Positions 10,105 through 20,691 of a stretch of DNA of 64,000 nucleotides are shown here, one piece after another. The notes under the pieces were generated by a model. It was not told the origin of the DNA. It saw nothing but the letters and a program-made list of their open reading frames with translations, and ran no database searches. The translations under genes were made by a program, and so were the position numbers. Every line of letters starts with the position of its first letter. The first letter of the stretch is position 1. Source of the DNA: a virus (Duplodnaviria; Caudoviricetes). Where the stretch lies: the IMG/VR virus record IMGVR_UViG_3300031753_000005, positions 36 to 64,035 of that record, one strand, 5' to 3'.

Positions 10105-11756
10105 TGGCTGACGCGCCCGATCTCCCGCAGGGATACACACTCGATCAAAGCGGCGAGGTGCCTGTTGCGCTACCGCCTGGTTACGCGCTCGATACGGGTC
10201 CAAAAGGTACATTGCAAAGCGGTCCAGCCCTGGTTGGGACCGGAGTATACCAAGGGCTGCTCCGCGATCCGCTAAATTCCGGCGCCGTTTTGCTGGCCAA
10301 GGGACTGAGCGCCCTCGCCCCGCAAGGATCTTCGCTCGAAAAATGGGCGAACGATCAACTCTCGTCGATAGAGCAGGCAAACGCCACAAACGAGTCGGCT
10401 TATTCAAAACTCGTGGGATCTAATCCCGGCGCAACGGCGGGGCGCACGGTTGGCAACATCGGCGCAACCCTTCCTTTTGCGGCAGTAATGCCGGGAGGCG
10501 CTGCGACGTCGCTGACCGGGCGGCTATTGCAGGGTGCGGGCCTCGGTGCCGCCACAGGGGCGCTGCAGCCCACACAACCTGATGGTAATTATTGGGGAGA
10601 AGTGGGCCGGAATATCTTGATGGGCGGCGCTGCAGGCGCTGGCGCTCCGGCCGTAATGTCTTCGGCCGCTTCGGCGATCGCCCCTTCCGCTTCCTCGCGA
10701 TTGGCACCGCTTTTGAAGGCCGGCATAACCCCGACGATCGGGCAGGCAGCTGGCGGCGCGATCAACAGGCTCGAGCAAGCGGCGACCAGCATTCCGCTTC
10801 TAGGAGACTTCGTCAAATCCGCCCGCGCCCGGGTCGGCGATCAATTCTATCGGGCCGCGGTCAATGAGGGATTGTTGCCTATCGGGCAGCAGCTTGACAA
10901 TGCCACCGCGTCAGGACGCGATGCGTTCACCGAGATGCGCGGCAAGATTCAAAATAATTACAACACGCTGCTGCCAAACGTCACGGCGACGATCGACCCC
11001 ACTTTCGCGGCAAACATCCAGAAGCTGGTCGGGCTCAGTAAATTTCTGCCGGGCGGCAGGCCAGCCCAGTTTCAAAATTTTCTTAGTAACGAGGTGCTGA
11101 ACAAATTCAACGCCCAAACAGGCAACATGACCGGCGAAACATTTAAGGACGTCGAAAGCGTACTCGGTCAGGAAGCAAACGATTATATCCGGGCACCTCA
11201 TCCTGATGACCGGAAATATGGCCGCGCCGTTCTGCAGTTGCAGGCAGAGATGCGCGACATGCTGGCGCGGAACAACCCGGATCAAGCCGCAGCGCTGTCG
11301 GCGAACAACGATGCCTGGAGTCGCATGCTGAGGGTACAGCGTGCCTCATCCTATACAGGTGCCGACGAAGGGGTATTCTCGCCGGCCCAGCTTCAGCGCG
11401 CGGTGCGGGCGATGACGCCAGAAAGCGTTTACGCGCAAGGCAAAGGCGTTATGCAGCCGCTTGCCGATACGGGCAAGAGCGTCCTCGGCAGCACGGTGCC
11501 GGATAGCGGCACACCATTCCGCAGCTTGGCGACAATCCTCGGGGGAGCCGCCCTTGGGCATGGCATGAGCCCGGAGATAGCGGCTGGAGCGGCCGCAGGT
11601 GGTATTGGTGCGGCGGGCATCTATTCGCCGCTCGGCCAGTGGTTGCTGACGCACGGACTCGTATCGCGGCCGCCAGGATCGCAATCAGTCGCCGCGATGC
11701 TTAGAGGCCTATCACCTTATGCCTCAGTAGGTGCGGCGTCTACGACCGCCCCTTGA
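10104..11756 (+). CDS. DNA ejection protein
   Basis: Ala/Gly-rich; GITPTIGQ and C-terminal VPDSGT motifs; TAATG coupling. Confidence 0.75.
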   Translation: MADAPDLPQGYTLDQSGEVPVALPPGYALDTGPKGTLQSGPALVGTGVYQGLLRDPLNSGAVLLAKGLSALAPQGSSLEKWANDQLSSIEQANATNESAYSKLVGSNPGATAGRTVGNIGATLPFAAVMPGGAATSLTGRLLQGAGLGAATGALQPTQPDGNYWGEVGRNILMGGAAGAGAPAVMSSAASAIAPSASSRLAPLLKAGITPTIGQAAGGAINRLEQAATSIPLLGDFVKSARARVGDQFYRAAVNEGLLPIGQQLDNATASGRDAFTEMRGKIQNNYNTLLPNVTATIDPTFAANIQKLVGLSKFLPGGRPAQFQNFLSNEVLNKFNAQTGNMTGETFKDVESVLGQEANDYIRAPHPDDRKYGRAVLQLQAEMRDMLARNNPDQAAALSANNDAWSRMLRVQRASSYTGADEGVFSPAQLQRAVRAMTPESVYAQGKGVMQPLADTGKSVLGSTVPDSGTPFRSLATILGGAALGHGMSPEIAAGAAAGGIGAAGIYSPLGQWLLTHGLVSRPPGSQSVAAMLRGLSPYASVGAASTTAP

Positions 11757-11936
11757 TCCCGACGAGAGAAAATGCAGCAAGCGTAAGAAGATCCAAAAAG
11801 GGATAAAAAACTGCCACGTTGCGTCTCCGTAGAACGCGAGGACATCCGGCAGAACAGCGAATCCCTTACCCGCCATTGCCCATAGCAAGAGCGGAATGGC
11901 GGCCAAAAACAAGATAATCTTTTCGCACCAGATCAT
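11724..11936 (-). CDS. Small antisense two-TM membrane protein (superinfection-exclusion candidate)
   Basis: Two hydrophobic segments and a basic tail; converges on the last ejection gene. Confidence 0.5.
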   Translation of the reverse strand: MIWCEKIILFLAAIPLLLWAMAGKGFAVLPDVLAFYGDATWQFFIPFWIFLRLLHFLSSGSRGGRRRRTY

Positions 11937-11988
11937 TTCAGAGAAATGTCCATGCCGCGTCAAAATGCAAGGCAACAGATAGCGAACA

Positions 11989-12876
11989 ATGGCTGATATT
12001 TCGGACTCCTCTTGGTCGGAAGTCGACGGCAGCAACACGGGGGCGCCCCCAACGGGCTGGCCCCCGAACATGCCGGCCAATCAGGTTGAGCCGACCTCCC
12101 GCGCCATGATGGGCGCAATCAAGCGGTTTTGGGATCGAAACAATGCCACGATAACCACGACCGGAGCCTCCGGAATCTATGTGTGGACGCCGACGAGCGT
12201 CGCCTTCCCGACTGTGCTGGTGCAGGGCGAGGGCTACGCATTTCGGGCACATCAAGCGTCAGTCGGAGCAGACGTCTTCAATCCTAACGGTCTTGGGCCG
12301 AAACCGCTTTATAAGCCCGGCGCTGTCGGCCCTGTGCCGATTGCGGCAAATGACTTCCAGACGGGAGGCATGTACGTCGCATTTTATGACGGCACGATTG
12401 GCGGAACCGGTGCTTTTCAGACCATATCCGGGGCTCTGCCGACCAACGTTCGCGGCCGGATATCGGGGATCGCGCCAGCCGCCGGGTTCGTTGGCGAATA
12501 TAAGAGCAGCATCGTTCTGGTTGGAAGCGCAGCAGTCGCCAATTCCAATACAAATACCGACATAACTACCCTTTCTCTTACGGCCGGCGATTGGGATGTC
12601 TGGGGTGAGATATGGGTTTCGCCTACTAACGCGGCAACAAAGGTCGTTGGCTGGATCAATACCGCGTCGGTCACAAATCCTGCCACCCCCGGAGATGGCA
12701 CGTCGCACGCGGGGCCATTCACTGACTTGGATTTTACTGGCAATACGCAATTCGCGCTCGCCCCCTGCCAGGCGTTGCTTAGCGCGACGACGACCTATTA
12801 CCTCGGAGCAAACGCCATATTGACGGCGGGAACCGCCAATCTCTATGGCAAGCTGTGCGCGAGGCGGCGCGATTAG
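11989..12876 (+). CDS. Tail fibre / tail-associated protein
   Basis: N-terminal GWPPNMPANQV..SRAMMGAI tail-attachment-like motif; C-terminal GFVGEY...LTAGDWDVWG...ARRR beta domain. Confidence 0.7.
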   Translation: MADISDSSWSEVDGSNTGAPPTGWPPNMPANQVEPTSRAMMGAIKRFWDRNNATITTTGASGIYVWTPTSVAFPTVLVQGEGYAFRAHQASVGADVFNPNGLGPKPLYKPGAVGPVPIAANDFQTGGMYVAFYDGTIGGTGAFQTISGALPTNVRGRISGIAPAAGFVGEYKSSIVLVGSAAVANSNTNTDITTLSLTAGDWDVWGEIWVSPTNAATKVVGWINTASVTNPATPGDGTSHAGPFTDLDFTGNTQFALAPCQALLSATTTYYLGANAILTAGTANLYGKLCARRRD

Positions 12877-12890
12877 TGGAGCGTGATCCA

Positions 12891-13055
12891 ATGAACCTAA
12901 CCCGATTTCGCGATCTAAGCGCAACCCAAAAGATCGAGATTGTCGAGCGAGTGCAGGAAGGTCAGCCCCGCGGACTAATATGCGGCGATTTGAATTTGAC
13001 AGAAGAGACAGTGCGACAGGTTCTGAGAGAAGCTAATGCTCTTCGCCGGCCATGA
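12891..13055 (+). CDS. Small HTH-like protein
   Basis: KIEIVERVQEG...ICGDLNLTEETVRQVL pattern. Confidence 0.4.
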   Translation: MNLTRFRDLSATQKIEIVERVQEGQPRGLICGDLNLTEETVRQVLREANALRRP

Positions 13056-13386
13056 CAACCCCACAATCCGCCACGCGATTATCAAGAAGCTCGATGTCGA
13101 GAGAGGTGTGGAAATCAATGACATACAGATCCATACGCACAAAGATTGCGTGCGCGTGGGGGTCCTGGCGATCCTCGACGGCATGGACTCGCTGATCGTC
13201 GACAGCCGGTTTGAATTACCGCTGCAATTCGAGCTGCGCCACCTTCATAACGAGCTCGACCAGATCGCCGAGCAGTACAAGGCGGCGCGACGCGACTTTT
13301 GGGCGAACGGGCGCACGATGGCCGGTTCGATCGAGCGGCGGCTTAACGGCACGGGATTGAGAGGGCTCTGGAGACACGATGGCTGA
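13036..13386 (+). CDS. Hypothetical protein
   Basis: 116-aa ORF with good codon usage. Confidence 0.6.
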   Translation: MLFAGHDNPTIRHAIIKKLDVERGVEINDIQIHTHKDCVRVGVLAILDGMDSLIVDSRFELPLQFELRHLHNELDQIAEQYKAARRDFWANGRTMAGSIERRLNGTGLRGLWRHDG

Positions 13387-13624
13387 ATTGAGTATCTGGA
13401 ATGACTTGGTGCCCGCAGGGTTGATGGTCTGCTTGGCCCTTTGGGTCGCCTATGCGCTGGGCTGGAAACACGCGATGCGACGGGCCGGACTATGGCCAAA
13501 ATGAGAATTACATTTCTGAGCCATGGTCTGCGGGGGGTTAGTCCAAGCGAGGCGATGGATCGCGTCCGAGAATGGATGGACGAAGACCAGCGGCAACGTC
13601 TAGCGCTGTTACGGCAGGAGCACC

Positions 13625-13855
13625 ATGGCTGACATTTCCCCAATGCCGAATGGCATGTACGTCGCGATTATAAGCCCGTCGCAAGCGCGCGACATTCAGG
13701 AATATCCGTCTTACGAGGAGGTTGTTGCGTGGGCTGTTGAAGATGGCGAGATGCCACCGAGCCGCGCAGAATATGAAGCAGACAAAGAAGCCTCCGCAAA
13801 ATTGCTTGGGAAACTGGGCACCTATCGCGGAGTAAGCATTATCAAAGATGGCTGA
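13625..13855 (+). CDS. Hypothetical protein
   Basis: AGGAG RBS; overlaps the portal start. Confidence 0.55.
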   Translation: MADISPMPNGMYVAIISPSQARDIQEYPSYEEVVAWAVEDGEMPPSRAEYEADKEASAKLLGKLGTYRGVSIIKDG

Positions 13856-16175
13856 CGAGACCGAAAGTCTGCAGCCAGTTGATACCGATCGCGATATCGT
13901 CCCTGCGCAATTTCAGAGCGGCGTCGAAGACGATGACGACCCCCAATTGTTCGAGACGCTCAAGCAGTGGTATCGCCAGGATCGCGACCATTCGCATGAA
14001 TGGCGCCAGGAAGCGCGCGAGGCCTTTGATTTCGTCGCTGGCAACCAATGGTCGGACGAAGACAAGGCCACGCTCAAGGAGATGCTGCGCCCGCTCGTCA
14101 CGTTCAATCGCGTGGCGCCGATGGTCAAGATCGTTTCCGGCCTTGAGGTCGCCAATCGTCAGGAAGTCAGATTTATCCCGCGCCAGATGGGTGCAGCAGC
14201 AGCCGACGAGGTGCTTACCGAAGCCGGCAAATGGATCCGCGACGAATGCGACGCCGAGGACGAGGAGAGCGACGCTTTTCTTGATTGTGTCATCACTGGT
14301 ATGGGGTGCACCGAGACTAAGCTCGAATATGACCAGGATCCCGATGGTCAATTGGAAATTCTGCGCGTCGACCCGATGGAAATGTACTGGGACGCCTCGG
14401 CGAGCCGGAAAAACCTAGGGGATGCGCGTCACATCTTCCGAGTGCGCGATGTACCGCAGTCCGAAGCAGAGGAGATGTTCCCCGATGTCGAGATCGGGGA
14501 TTTGCACGCGGACTGGGCCGAGGATGTCTCGGCCAACGCGCATGAGCCGCATAACGCGCAACAAGCGCCGTTTTATCGTCAGGACCAGTCCGGCAAGATC
14601 GACAAGCAGCGGGTGCTGATCCGGCTCGTCGAGGGGCAATGGTGGCAGCACGAGACAAGCTGGCGCACGCTCGATCCATTCACGGGCCAGGAAATCTCGC
14701 TCGATGGTGCCAGCTATGGGCTGCTGCAACGGCGCCTGACGGCGATGGGGCACGGCACTCTGCAAGCCGTGAAGCAGCGGACACGGCGCTATCGGCGTGC
14801 CTTTCTTGGCCGGCGCGTCCTCGAGAAATGGGATGGGCCAAAAAAAGGAGGATACACCTATAAGTTTATCACCGCCGACCGTGACCGCAACAAAGGCGTG
14901 TGGTACGGCATCGTCCGGTTGATGATCGACCCCCAGAAATGGGCCAACAAATGGATGTCGCAGACAATGCACATCCTGAATACCGGCGCCAAGGGCGGGA
15001 TCATCGCGGAGAAGGACGCCTTTGCCGATCATCGGGCAGCACAGGAGGATTGGGCGCAGCCAGATTCGATCATCTTCGCCAACCCAGGCGCACTCTCACA
15101 GGGGAAGATCATCCCGCGGCCGCAAAACCCGATGCCGCAGGGTCTCTCCGATCTCTTGCAGCTCGCGATGTCCTCGATCCGCGATTGCACCGGCATCAAT
15201 CTCGAATTGCTGGGGATGGTCGAGAAAGAGCAGCCGGGCATCCTCGAGCACATGCGCAAGCAGGCCGGCATGACCGTGCTCGCCGGCATCTTCAACGCGC
15301 TGCGCCGCTACCGCAAAGAGCAGGGACGGCTGATGGTTTGGTATATCGTCAGCTTTTTGAGCGATGGTCGTTTGGTGAAAATCGTAGGACAAGAAGGCGC
15401 GCAGTATGTGCCGCTGATCCGCCAGCCCGACTTTCTGGAATACGATGTGGTGGTCGACGATACGCCGACTTCGCCGAACATGAAGGAGCGGGTATGGGCG
15501 ACCCTTGTGCAGATGATGCCGCTGTTGCGAGATATGCCGGTGCCTCCGCAGATGTACCTGGAGTTGCTGAAGTATTCGCCGCTCCCCGAAACCGTTGTCA
15601 CCAAGCTCGAGCAGATCGCGCAGCGGGCCGGACAACAGCAGCAACCCGATCCGCGGGCCCAGGCCGAGCAGGCGAGGGCCAAGTCCATGGAGGTGCGAGC
15701 ACAAGCCGACGTCGCTCGCTCTCAGGCCGATATCCAGATCGCCCAGATCGACCAGCAAACCGCCCAGGCGAAAGCGCATTCCGAAAATGTGCGTTCGCAG
15801 GCCGACGCGCAGAAGGTCATGCTCGACATCGAGGTCGAGCGCGCCAAGATCGAGAATCTGCGCGCCGCGGCGGTCGCCAGCCTCGCGAAAGCCGGCATTT
15901 CCCAGCAAGGGCAGAATACTAACGATATGCTTGCGATGCTCGAAACGCTCGATAAGATAATGGGCTGGCAGCAGGCGCAGCGGCAGCAGGCGCACGCCGA
16001 GACGATGGGGATGGCGGAGCATCAGCTCGCGGCGCAGGGGCAAGCGCAGGATCACTCCTTGGCGGCGCAGGGCCAGGCGCAGGCCGCCACGCAGGCGCAG
16101 CAACAGCACTCGCTCGCGACGCGGCAGCAACGGTTTACCGAGCAACAGCCACGGCAACCGAGGGCAGCAGCATGA
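13848..16175 (+). CDS. Portal protein (P22-like, with C-terminal coiled-coil barrel)
   Basis: F..GNQW...[18 protein letters not shown]...GIVR.MIDPQ...NK...YDVVVD..P.SP motifs; Gln/Ala-rich tail. Confidence 0.92.
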   Translation: MADETESLQPVDTDRDIVPAQFQSGVEDDDDPQLFETLKQWYRQDRDHSHEWRQEAREAFDFVAGNQWSDEDKATLKEMLRPLVTFNRVAPMVKIVSGLEVANRQEVRFIPRQMGAAAADEVLTEAGKWIRDECDAEDEESDAFLDCVITGMGCTETKLEYDQDPDGQLEILRVDPMEMYWDASASRKNLGDARHIFRVRDVPQSEAEEMFPDVEIGDLHADWAEDVSANAHEPHNAQQAPFYRQDQSGKIDKQRVLIRLVEGQWWQHETSWRTLDPFTGQEISLDGASYGLLQRRLTAMGHGTLQAVKQRTRRYRRAFLGRRVLEKWDGPKKGGYTYKFITADRDRNKGVWYGIVRLMIDPQKWANKWMSQTMHILNTGAKGGIIAEKDAFADHRAAQEDWAQPDSIIFANPGALSQGKIIPRPQNPMPQGLSDLLQLAMSSIRDCTGINLELLGMVEKEQPGILEHMRKQAGMTVLAGIFNALRRYRKEQGRLMVWYIVSFLSDGRLVKIVGQEGAQYVPLIRQPDFLEYDVVVDDTPTSPNMKERVWATLVQMMPLLRDMPVPPQMYLELLKYSPLPETVVTKLEQIAQRAGQQQQPDPRAQAEQARAKSMEVRAQADVARSQADIQIAQIDQQTAQAKAHSENVRSQADAQKVMLDIEVERAKIENLRAAAVASLAKAGISQQGQNTNDMLAMLETLDKIMGWQQAQRQQAHAETMGMAEHQLAAQGQAQDHSLAAQGQAQAATQAQQQHSLATRQQRFTEQQPRQPRAAA

Positions 16176-16317
16176 GATGGCTTCGGCTTTGGTGGTGGCG
16201 ACTCTTCAGCCCCTCAATGTCCGATGCTCGCATCGCTGAACTGCGACAAGCGATCATGAGTGCCGATCCTGGCGGAATTATATATCTGACGGAAGCGGAA
16301 TTGCGCGATTATCACCG

Positions 16318-16599
16318 ATGGCGGGAGCTACAGCCATGAGCGGGGCGCAGACAGCGTGGAACACGAAGGAATGGTACGAACACGACGAATTGGTAGTTAA
16401 CCGGCAGCCACAGACTACGCGGACCGTATCGCCCGAAAAGGCGGCCCTATGGAGTGCTGCGGCAGCGGAAGTCGAGAAGAGAAAAAAGATCGAAGCTCTC
16501 ATCGCGCGCTTAAAGTCGCCACATGCGGACAAAATCTATGTTGGCAAAGAATTTACAAAAGCCGATCTAATCCGTGAATTGGAACTTTTGCTCAAATGA
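16318..16599 (+). CDS. Small protein with SPHADKIYVGKEFTKADL module
   Basis: Module paralogous to 4169-4390. Confidence 0.6.
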   Translation: MAGATAMSGAQTAWNTKEWYEHDELVVNRQPQTTRTVSPEKAALWSAAAAEVEKRKKIEALIARLKSPHADKIYVGKEFTKADLIRELELLLK

Positions 16600-16684
16600 T
16601 CGACTTTCTGAGCTGGATTTGCGATCTCCTCTTCGGTGCCGTCGCGTGGTTCTTCCCGGGCGCCGATAGCGGGTGGTTCGGGGG

Positions 16685-16861
16685 ATGATTTACGGTGTAA
16701 CCATAACCTTCGACGGAACGCAGTGGCAGGCGTCGACAAAAGATGGACAGTATCGTGTCCGGGGCAGCAGTATTGAGGACGTACTGATCGAATTGCAAGC
16801 TACATTGGAAGCTCTCTTGCCTAATGCAGACGGCTCCCCCGCAGTGATTGCCCTCGGATGA
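16685..16861 (+). CDS. Small HicB-like fold protein
   Basis: beta-beta-beta-alpha pattern VTITFDGTQWQAS...RGSSIEDVLIEL. Confidence 0.45.
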   Translation: MIYGVTITFDGTQWQASTKDGQYRVRGSSIEDVLIELQATLEALLPNADGSPAVIALG

Positions 16862-17793
16862 TCGTGGATGTGAAGAAGGATTTTGGCTGCGTCGGCGACG
16901 GCGTTGCGCTTGATGGGGCAAATTTCCAGCGTGCCATCAGTGCGGTGATGGTGAGTCCATATGGCGGTGGCCGCGTGTTCGTTCCGGCCGGTCGCTATAA
17001 CCTGGCGGGCGGCATTATAGTTCCGAGCAACGTCTGGCTCGAAGGCGAACAGCGTAATTGCTCGATCCTACAGTCGCTCGACCACGACGGCGTTGTCGTG
17101 ACCGTCGGGGGCGGTAGCCCCAAGCTGACAGACCTCACGATCCTCGGCAGGGGGGCCGATGGCATGGCGCTGGCCACCCGGCATGCGCTGGTCGTGAACT
17201 CGGTCGAGGGGATCTTCCGCGATATCCTGATCGCTGGCGGCGCGTCCGCCATCTACGCCGCCGGCGTCGATAACACCTTCGAGAACATCAAGGCCACGCA
17301 GGGCACCGGTCGCGCGCTAGTGACCAGCGTCGGCGCCGACTGGTACGTCAGATGCAAGTTCGACGCGGCACCGGGTTGGCAGCAGCAGGTCGCCGGCATC
17401 TCGTTCCTTGACGGCGCCGGCGAGAACCACCTGACGCAGATCGACTTGTCGGGAAGCTTCGTCAACAGCATCGAGTTCGACGCGGGACCGCGCGCCGACA
17501 CTCCTCCTATCGTGGTAATTGGCGACAGCATCATGTCGGCCGGCGTCACGCTCATCCGTGGCGAGTGGTTCTGCATGCACCACTGCGAGCTCGGCGGCGG
17601 CGACGTCGCCGTCAACCCGTCCTACGCTGGAGGCGTCACGATCGACGGGAACCGCGCCTTATCACCGGTCCGGATACTGATCGGGTCGAGCCTCTGTCGC
17701 GGCGTCATCGCCAATAATGATCTGCCGGGATCACTAATCCGCCAGCAAGCGCTGAACACCAGCCTGGTCATGGGCGGCCAGAACCTTATTTGA
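16858..17793 (+). CDS. Pectate-lyase-3-like beta-helix protein (depolymerase / tailspike-like)
   Basis: VKKDFGCVGDGV..D..NFQRAI...GGRVFVPAGRY motif. Confidence 0.8.
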   Translation: MIVDVKKDFGCVGDGVALDGANFQRAISAVMVSPYGGGRVFVPAGRYNLAGGIIVPSNVWLEGEQRNCSILQSLDHDGVVVTVGGGSPKLTDLTILGRGADGMALATRHALVVNSVEGIFRDILIAGGASAIYAAGVDNTFENIKATQGTGRALVTSVGADWYVRCKFDAAPGWQQQVAGISFLDGAGENHLTQIDLSGSFVNSIEFDAGPRADTPPIVVIGDSIMSAGVTLIRGEWFCMHHCELGGGDVAVNPSYAGGVTIDGNRALSPVRILIGSSLCRGVIANNDLPGSLIRQQALNTSLVMGGQNLI

Positions 17794-17800
17794 TAGTGAG

Positions 17801-18814
17801 ATGAACAGAGTAGCTGTGATTCTTGGGCGCCGCATGAAAGAAGACTTCGGTGTTTTCCTCTCCTTGCTTATATTGCTTGGGTTAGCGTACTTTGCTGCGG
17901 TATTCCTCAGTTATAGCTGGGGATCGGCGTACGGACAGAGCGTCCCGGTTTGGCTACCGAACCTACAGTTCAAGATAGGCTCGATCGGCGAGTTCCTGGT
18001 GCAGAGCCGCTGTCCGGACGGCTCGCCGCCGAACAACTGCGACCAGCCGTATCAGATGACCGACGCGATGTCACTCACCTGGCACAAGCGCGATTGGCCC
18101 GGCCCCTACGACGGCCTGTTTAGCGACAGCGTGTGGACGGCCTCGGGAGGAGTGCTGTCGACCTTCAGCGTCGAGCCGGATCACCCATGGGTGCCGCCAA
18201 ACGACGGCGGGGACATCTACGGCATCGACACCAGCGTCGACCCCGTGAGGGTGCTCGTGCTGAAGACGCAGACGGGGGACATTCCTCACCCCTACTACTT
18301 CATCGGTGCGAATTGCGGGGGAACCGGATGGGTGCTGTTCGACGCGGCGCTTCCGGTGCTCCCGGCTTATTACTATGGCGGAAATGCCAAGTGGCGGTCC
18401 GTCACGGCGCAGATCGGCCAGGCCGATTCGCCGAGCGGGTGCGCACCGCTCTCGCCAGCGTTTACGCAGTATCACATGGAGCTTGTCGACGTCCCGTTCA
18501 TCATATTCGGCACGCACACCACGCTGCGGATTCCGACGATCATCAGCGAGCATTACGACGGTCCCTCGCCGAGCCAATCCGTGAACCTTGAGCGCTTTTG
18601 GTTCGCGCTGGGCTGGGGAAAGATCCGCTGGGATTTCTATTCGGCAGACCGGCCGTCGCGAGGCGACATTTCGGGTGCTTGCCCTCGCATGCCACCGTGG
18701 GATTATGTGCCCCCGTTCCCGGGCGCGCAGCTCACCGATTGCCGCGTCTGGACCAACATTACAGCTGCGGACGGCAGTTTTAAGCTCAACCAATATGGCT
18801 GGGGATGGCCATGA
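17801..18814 (+). CDS. Exported Cys-containing beta protein
   Basis: N-terminal hydrophobic segment with SAYG-QS cleavage-like site; ERFWFALGWGKIRW motif; several Cys. Confidence 0.65.
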   Translation: MNRVAVILGRRMKEDFGVFLSLLILLGLAYFAAVFLSYSWGSAYGQSVPVWLPNLQFKIGSIGEFLVQSRCPDGSPPNNCDQPYQMTDAMSLTWHKRDWPGPYDGLFSDSVWTASGGVLSTFSVEPDHPWVPPNDGGDIYGIDTSVDPVRVLVLKTQTGDIPHPYYFIGANCGGTGWVLFDAALPVLPAYYYGGNAKWRSVTAQIGQADSPSGCAPLSPAFTQYHMELVDVPFIIFGTHTTLRIPTIISEHYDGPSPSQSVNLERFWFALGWGKIRWDFYSADRPSRGDISGACPRMPPWDYVPPFPGAQLTDCRVWTNITAADGSFKLNQYGWGWP

Positions 18815-19041
18815 GAAGGCGCGGCATGGGATTTCATGGAGCTGGCCGCGGCGGCACGGCGCTCGGCGGCGCTCATGGAACGCCGGGGCGCGCCGCCCTG
18901 CGCTTGTGGGGGACGCCGACGGCAGGCTCGCCAGGCTTCACAGCCGCAGCCCCGGCGCCGAAAATCCCTGCGAGCATCGGCCCGCCGACGCCTCCGGGTT
19001 CGCATCAGCCCACACTTCCTGGCATCGCGAGACGGCGATGA
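18811..19041 (+). CDS. Small basic Gly/Arg/Pro-rich protein
   Basis: ATGA overlaps at both ends. Confidence 0.5.
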   Translation: MRRRGMGFHGAGRGGTALGGAHGTPGRAALRLWGTPTAGSPGFTAAAPAPKIPASIGPPTPPGSHQPTLPGIARRR

Positions 19042-19217
19042 CGAAAGCCTCACCGACGAGAATTGCCAAGCAAGCTAGGCGCTTATGCCTGCTTTGTTCG
19101 CAATGGATCGAAGAGGATGATCCTCATTCTCAGCCTTGCACGGCATTGGGGGCTATGTTGGACGAGGCTATCGCGCGAATAGAAGCCGGCGCGCAGGGCA
19201 TCATTGTCATCACCTAA
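19038..19217 (+). CDS. Small Cys/His protein
   Basis: CLLC...H..PC motif; coupled start. Confidence 0.45.
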   Translation: MTKASPTRIAKQARRLCLLCSQWIEEDDPHSQPCTALGAMLDEAIARIEAGAQGIIVIT

Positions 19218-19227
19218 GTTCGCTCGC

Positions 19228-19497
19228 ATGGCCCTTTGGTATCACTGGACCACACCAGAAAATGCGGAGGCTATCGCGCGGGAAGGCTTCCGCGCCGGAA
19301 CCTGTTTCGCGACATCGCCGACAGCCGCAAACCATCCGCTGTCTCGCAAAGATGGGGGCGGGGTATTGCTGACAATCGACTATCCCTATGAGCCGACGAA
19401 ATATCAGTGGCATTGGGGAATGACGCCTCATATTCCGCCTGAATATATCGTTCGCACCGACCAAAGCGCTAGGAAGGGCTCGGCCGAGTCCAGCTAG
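19228..19497 (+). CDS. Putative minimal ADP-ribosyltransferase-fold protein
   Basis: WYHWT...AEAIAREGF...CFATS...VLLTID...IPPEYI matches the HxT-type ART/KptA pattern. Confidence 0.55.
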   Translation: MALWYHWTTPENAEAIAREGFRAGTCFATSPTAANHPLSRKDGGGVLLTIDYPYEPTKYQWHWGMTPHIPPEYIVRTDQSARKGSAESS

Positions 19498-19539
19498 CGC
19501 GGCAGGAACGTAATTTCCTATCGTGTCGATGTTGAAGAG

Positions 19540-19700
19540 CGCTGGGGCAGCCTTTTAGGAGGTCTCAGACTTGGTTGTCCATCGGCGGACTCTTTAGGGA
19601 GTTTCTGCCGGTCCTCGGGCATGACCTAATTAAACTGCCCCGAAATCCGCCCTCCGCTAGCGCATAGCGGCCACAGCGCCCGGCTGATTCCGGGCTTCAT
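19540..19700 (+). promoter_or_regulatory. Structured leader upstream of the scaffold gene, with candidate H-type pseudoknot
   Basis: GGTC (19610-13) can pair with loop GACC (19623-26) of the GGGCA/TGCCC stem; flanking hairpins with TTAG loops. Confidence 0.45.
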
Positions 19701-19713
19701 CCACGGGAATGCA

Positions 19714-20691
19714 ATGCTCTCGACGCAACTTAGCGCCGACGATCAGGCTTTGCTTGATCAGATGCGCGACGACGACGCTGGCTCGCCCGGCGTCGACCAG
19801 CCCGAAACTGAGTCAGAAACGACTCAGCCGCGAGTCGAGTCCGAGTCGGAAACGACTCAGGCGCCGCCGGCGAAACCGCCGCGGCAAACGATGGTCCCTC
19901 ACCAGGCCTTGCACGAGGAGCGTGAGGTCCGCAAAGCGAGCGAACGGAAGATCGCCGAGCTCAGCGAGCGCTACGCTCGCCTCGAGGAACGCACCAACCT
20001 GCTCCTACAGCGAGCCGCTCAGCCCGAGCCCGCGGCCGAGGCGCCGATTCCAGAGCTCGCAACCGATCCGGTCGGGCATTTCGCCGGGCGCCTGAATCAG
20101 ACCGATCAGCGGCTCCAGGCCGCGACGCAACAAACCGGGCAGCAACAGCAACAGATCACGCAGATCCTGCAACAGCAGGCCATCCATCAAGCGGTTACAC
20201 AACGCGCGCAAAGTCTGGAACGGGAATTCGAAACCGAGCATCCCGACTATGGCGATGCGGTCAAGTTCGTGTCGAATAAGCGGTTTGAACAAATGGCGGC
20301 GATCGGCGTTCCGGCTGAGCAGCGCGCCCAGCAACTTCAGCAAGAGGGGTTTGCTCTAGCGGTTCACGCGATGCAGAACGGCCGCAATCCCGCCGACCTA
20401 ATCTATTCGCTCGCCCAAACTTATGGCTATGCGCCCGTTGACAATTCGCGCGGCAATTCTGGAACTGTTGACTCGGCATCGCAGCAACACCCCGGACCCC
20501 AGCCGCCGGCTCCGGCGCAGCGCCTGCAGAACATTGCGGCTGGCCAGCAGCAAGGGCGTTCGCTGAGCCAGGCTCGCGGCACCGGACCCGTACCGATGAC
20601 GGCCCAGCGGCTCCTGGAGATGACGACAAAAGAGTTCGACGCGTTTCAGACGGAGCACGCGGGCGAGTTTCGCGACATAATGGGGAGATGA
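19714..20691 (+). CDS. Capsid scaffolding protein
   Basis: Acidic N-terminus, VPHQALHEERE coiled coil, DPVGHF and PDY motifs; directly upstream of the capsid gene. Confidence 0.85.
   Translation: MLSTQLSADDQALLDQMRDDDAGSPGVDQPETESETTQPRVESESETTQAPPAKPPRQTMVPHQALHEEREVRKASERKIAELSERYARLEERTNLLLQRAAQPEPAAEAPIPELATDPVGHFAGRLNQTDQRLQAATQQTGQQQQQITQILQQQAIHQAVTQRAQSLEREFETEHPDYGDAVKFVSNKRFEQMAAIGVPAEQRAQQLQQEGFALAVHAMQNGRNPADLIYSLAQTYGYAPVDNSRGNSGTVDSASQQHPGPQPPAPAQRLQNIAAGQQQGRSLSQARGTGPVPMTAQRLLEMTTKEFDAFQTEHAGEFRDIMGR

Noticed and set aside
15096-16157. Long antisense and alternate-frame ORFs over the portal (similar ones at 8563-9462 and 57237-58187)
   Set aside because: Shadow ORFs expected from high-GC codon bias, with no recognisable motifs.
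19591-19608. TCTTTAGGG(G)AGTTT similarity between 19591 and ~46058 as a shared regulatory motif
   Set aside because: Short match; the second copy is the end of a small - strand ORF, so probably coincidental.
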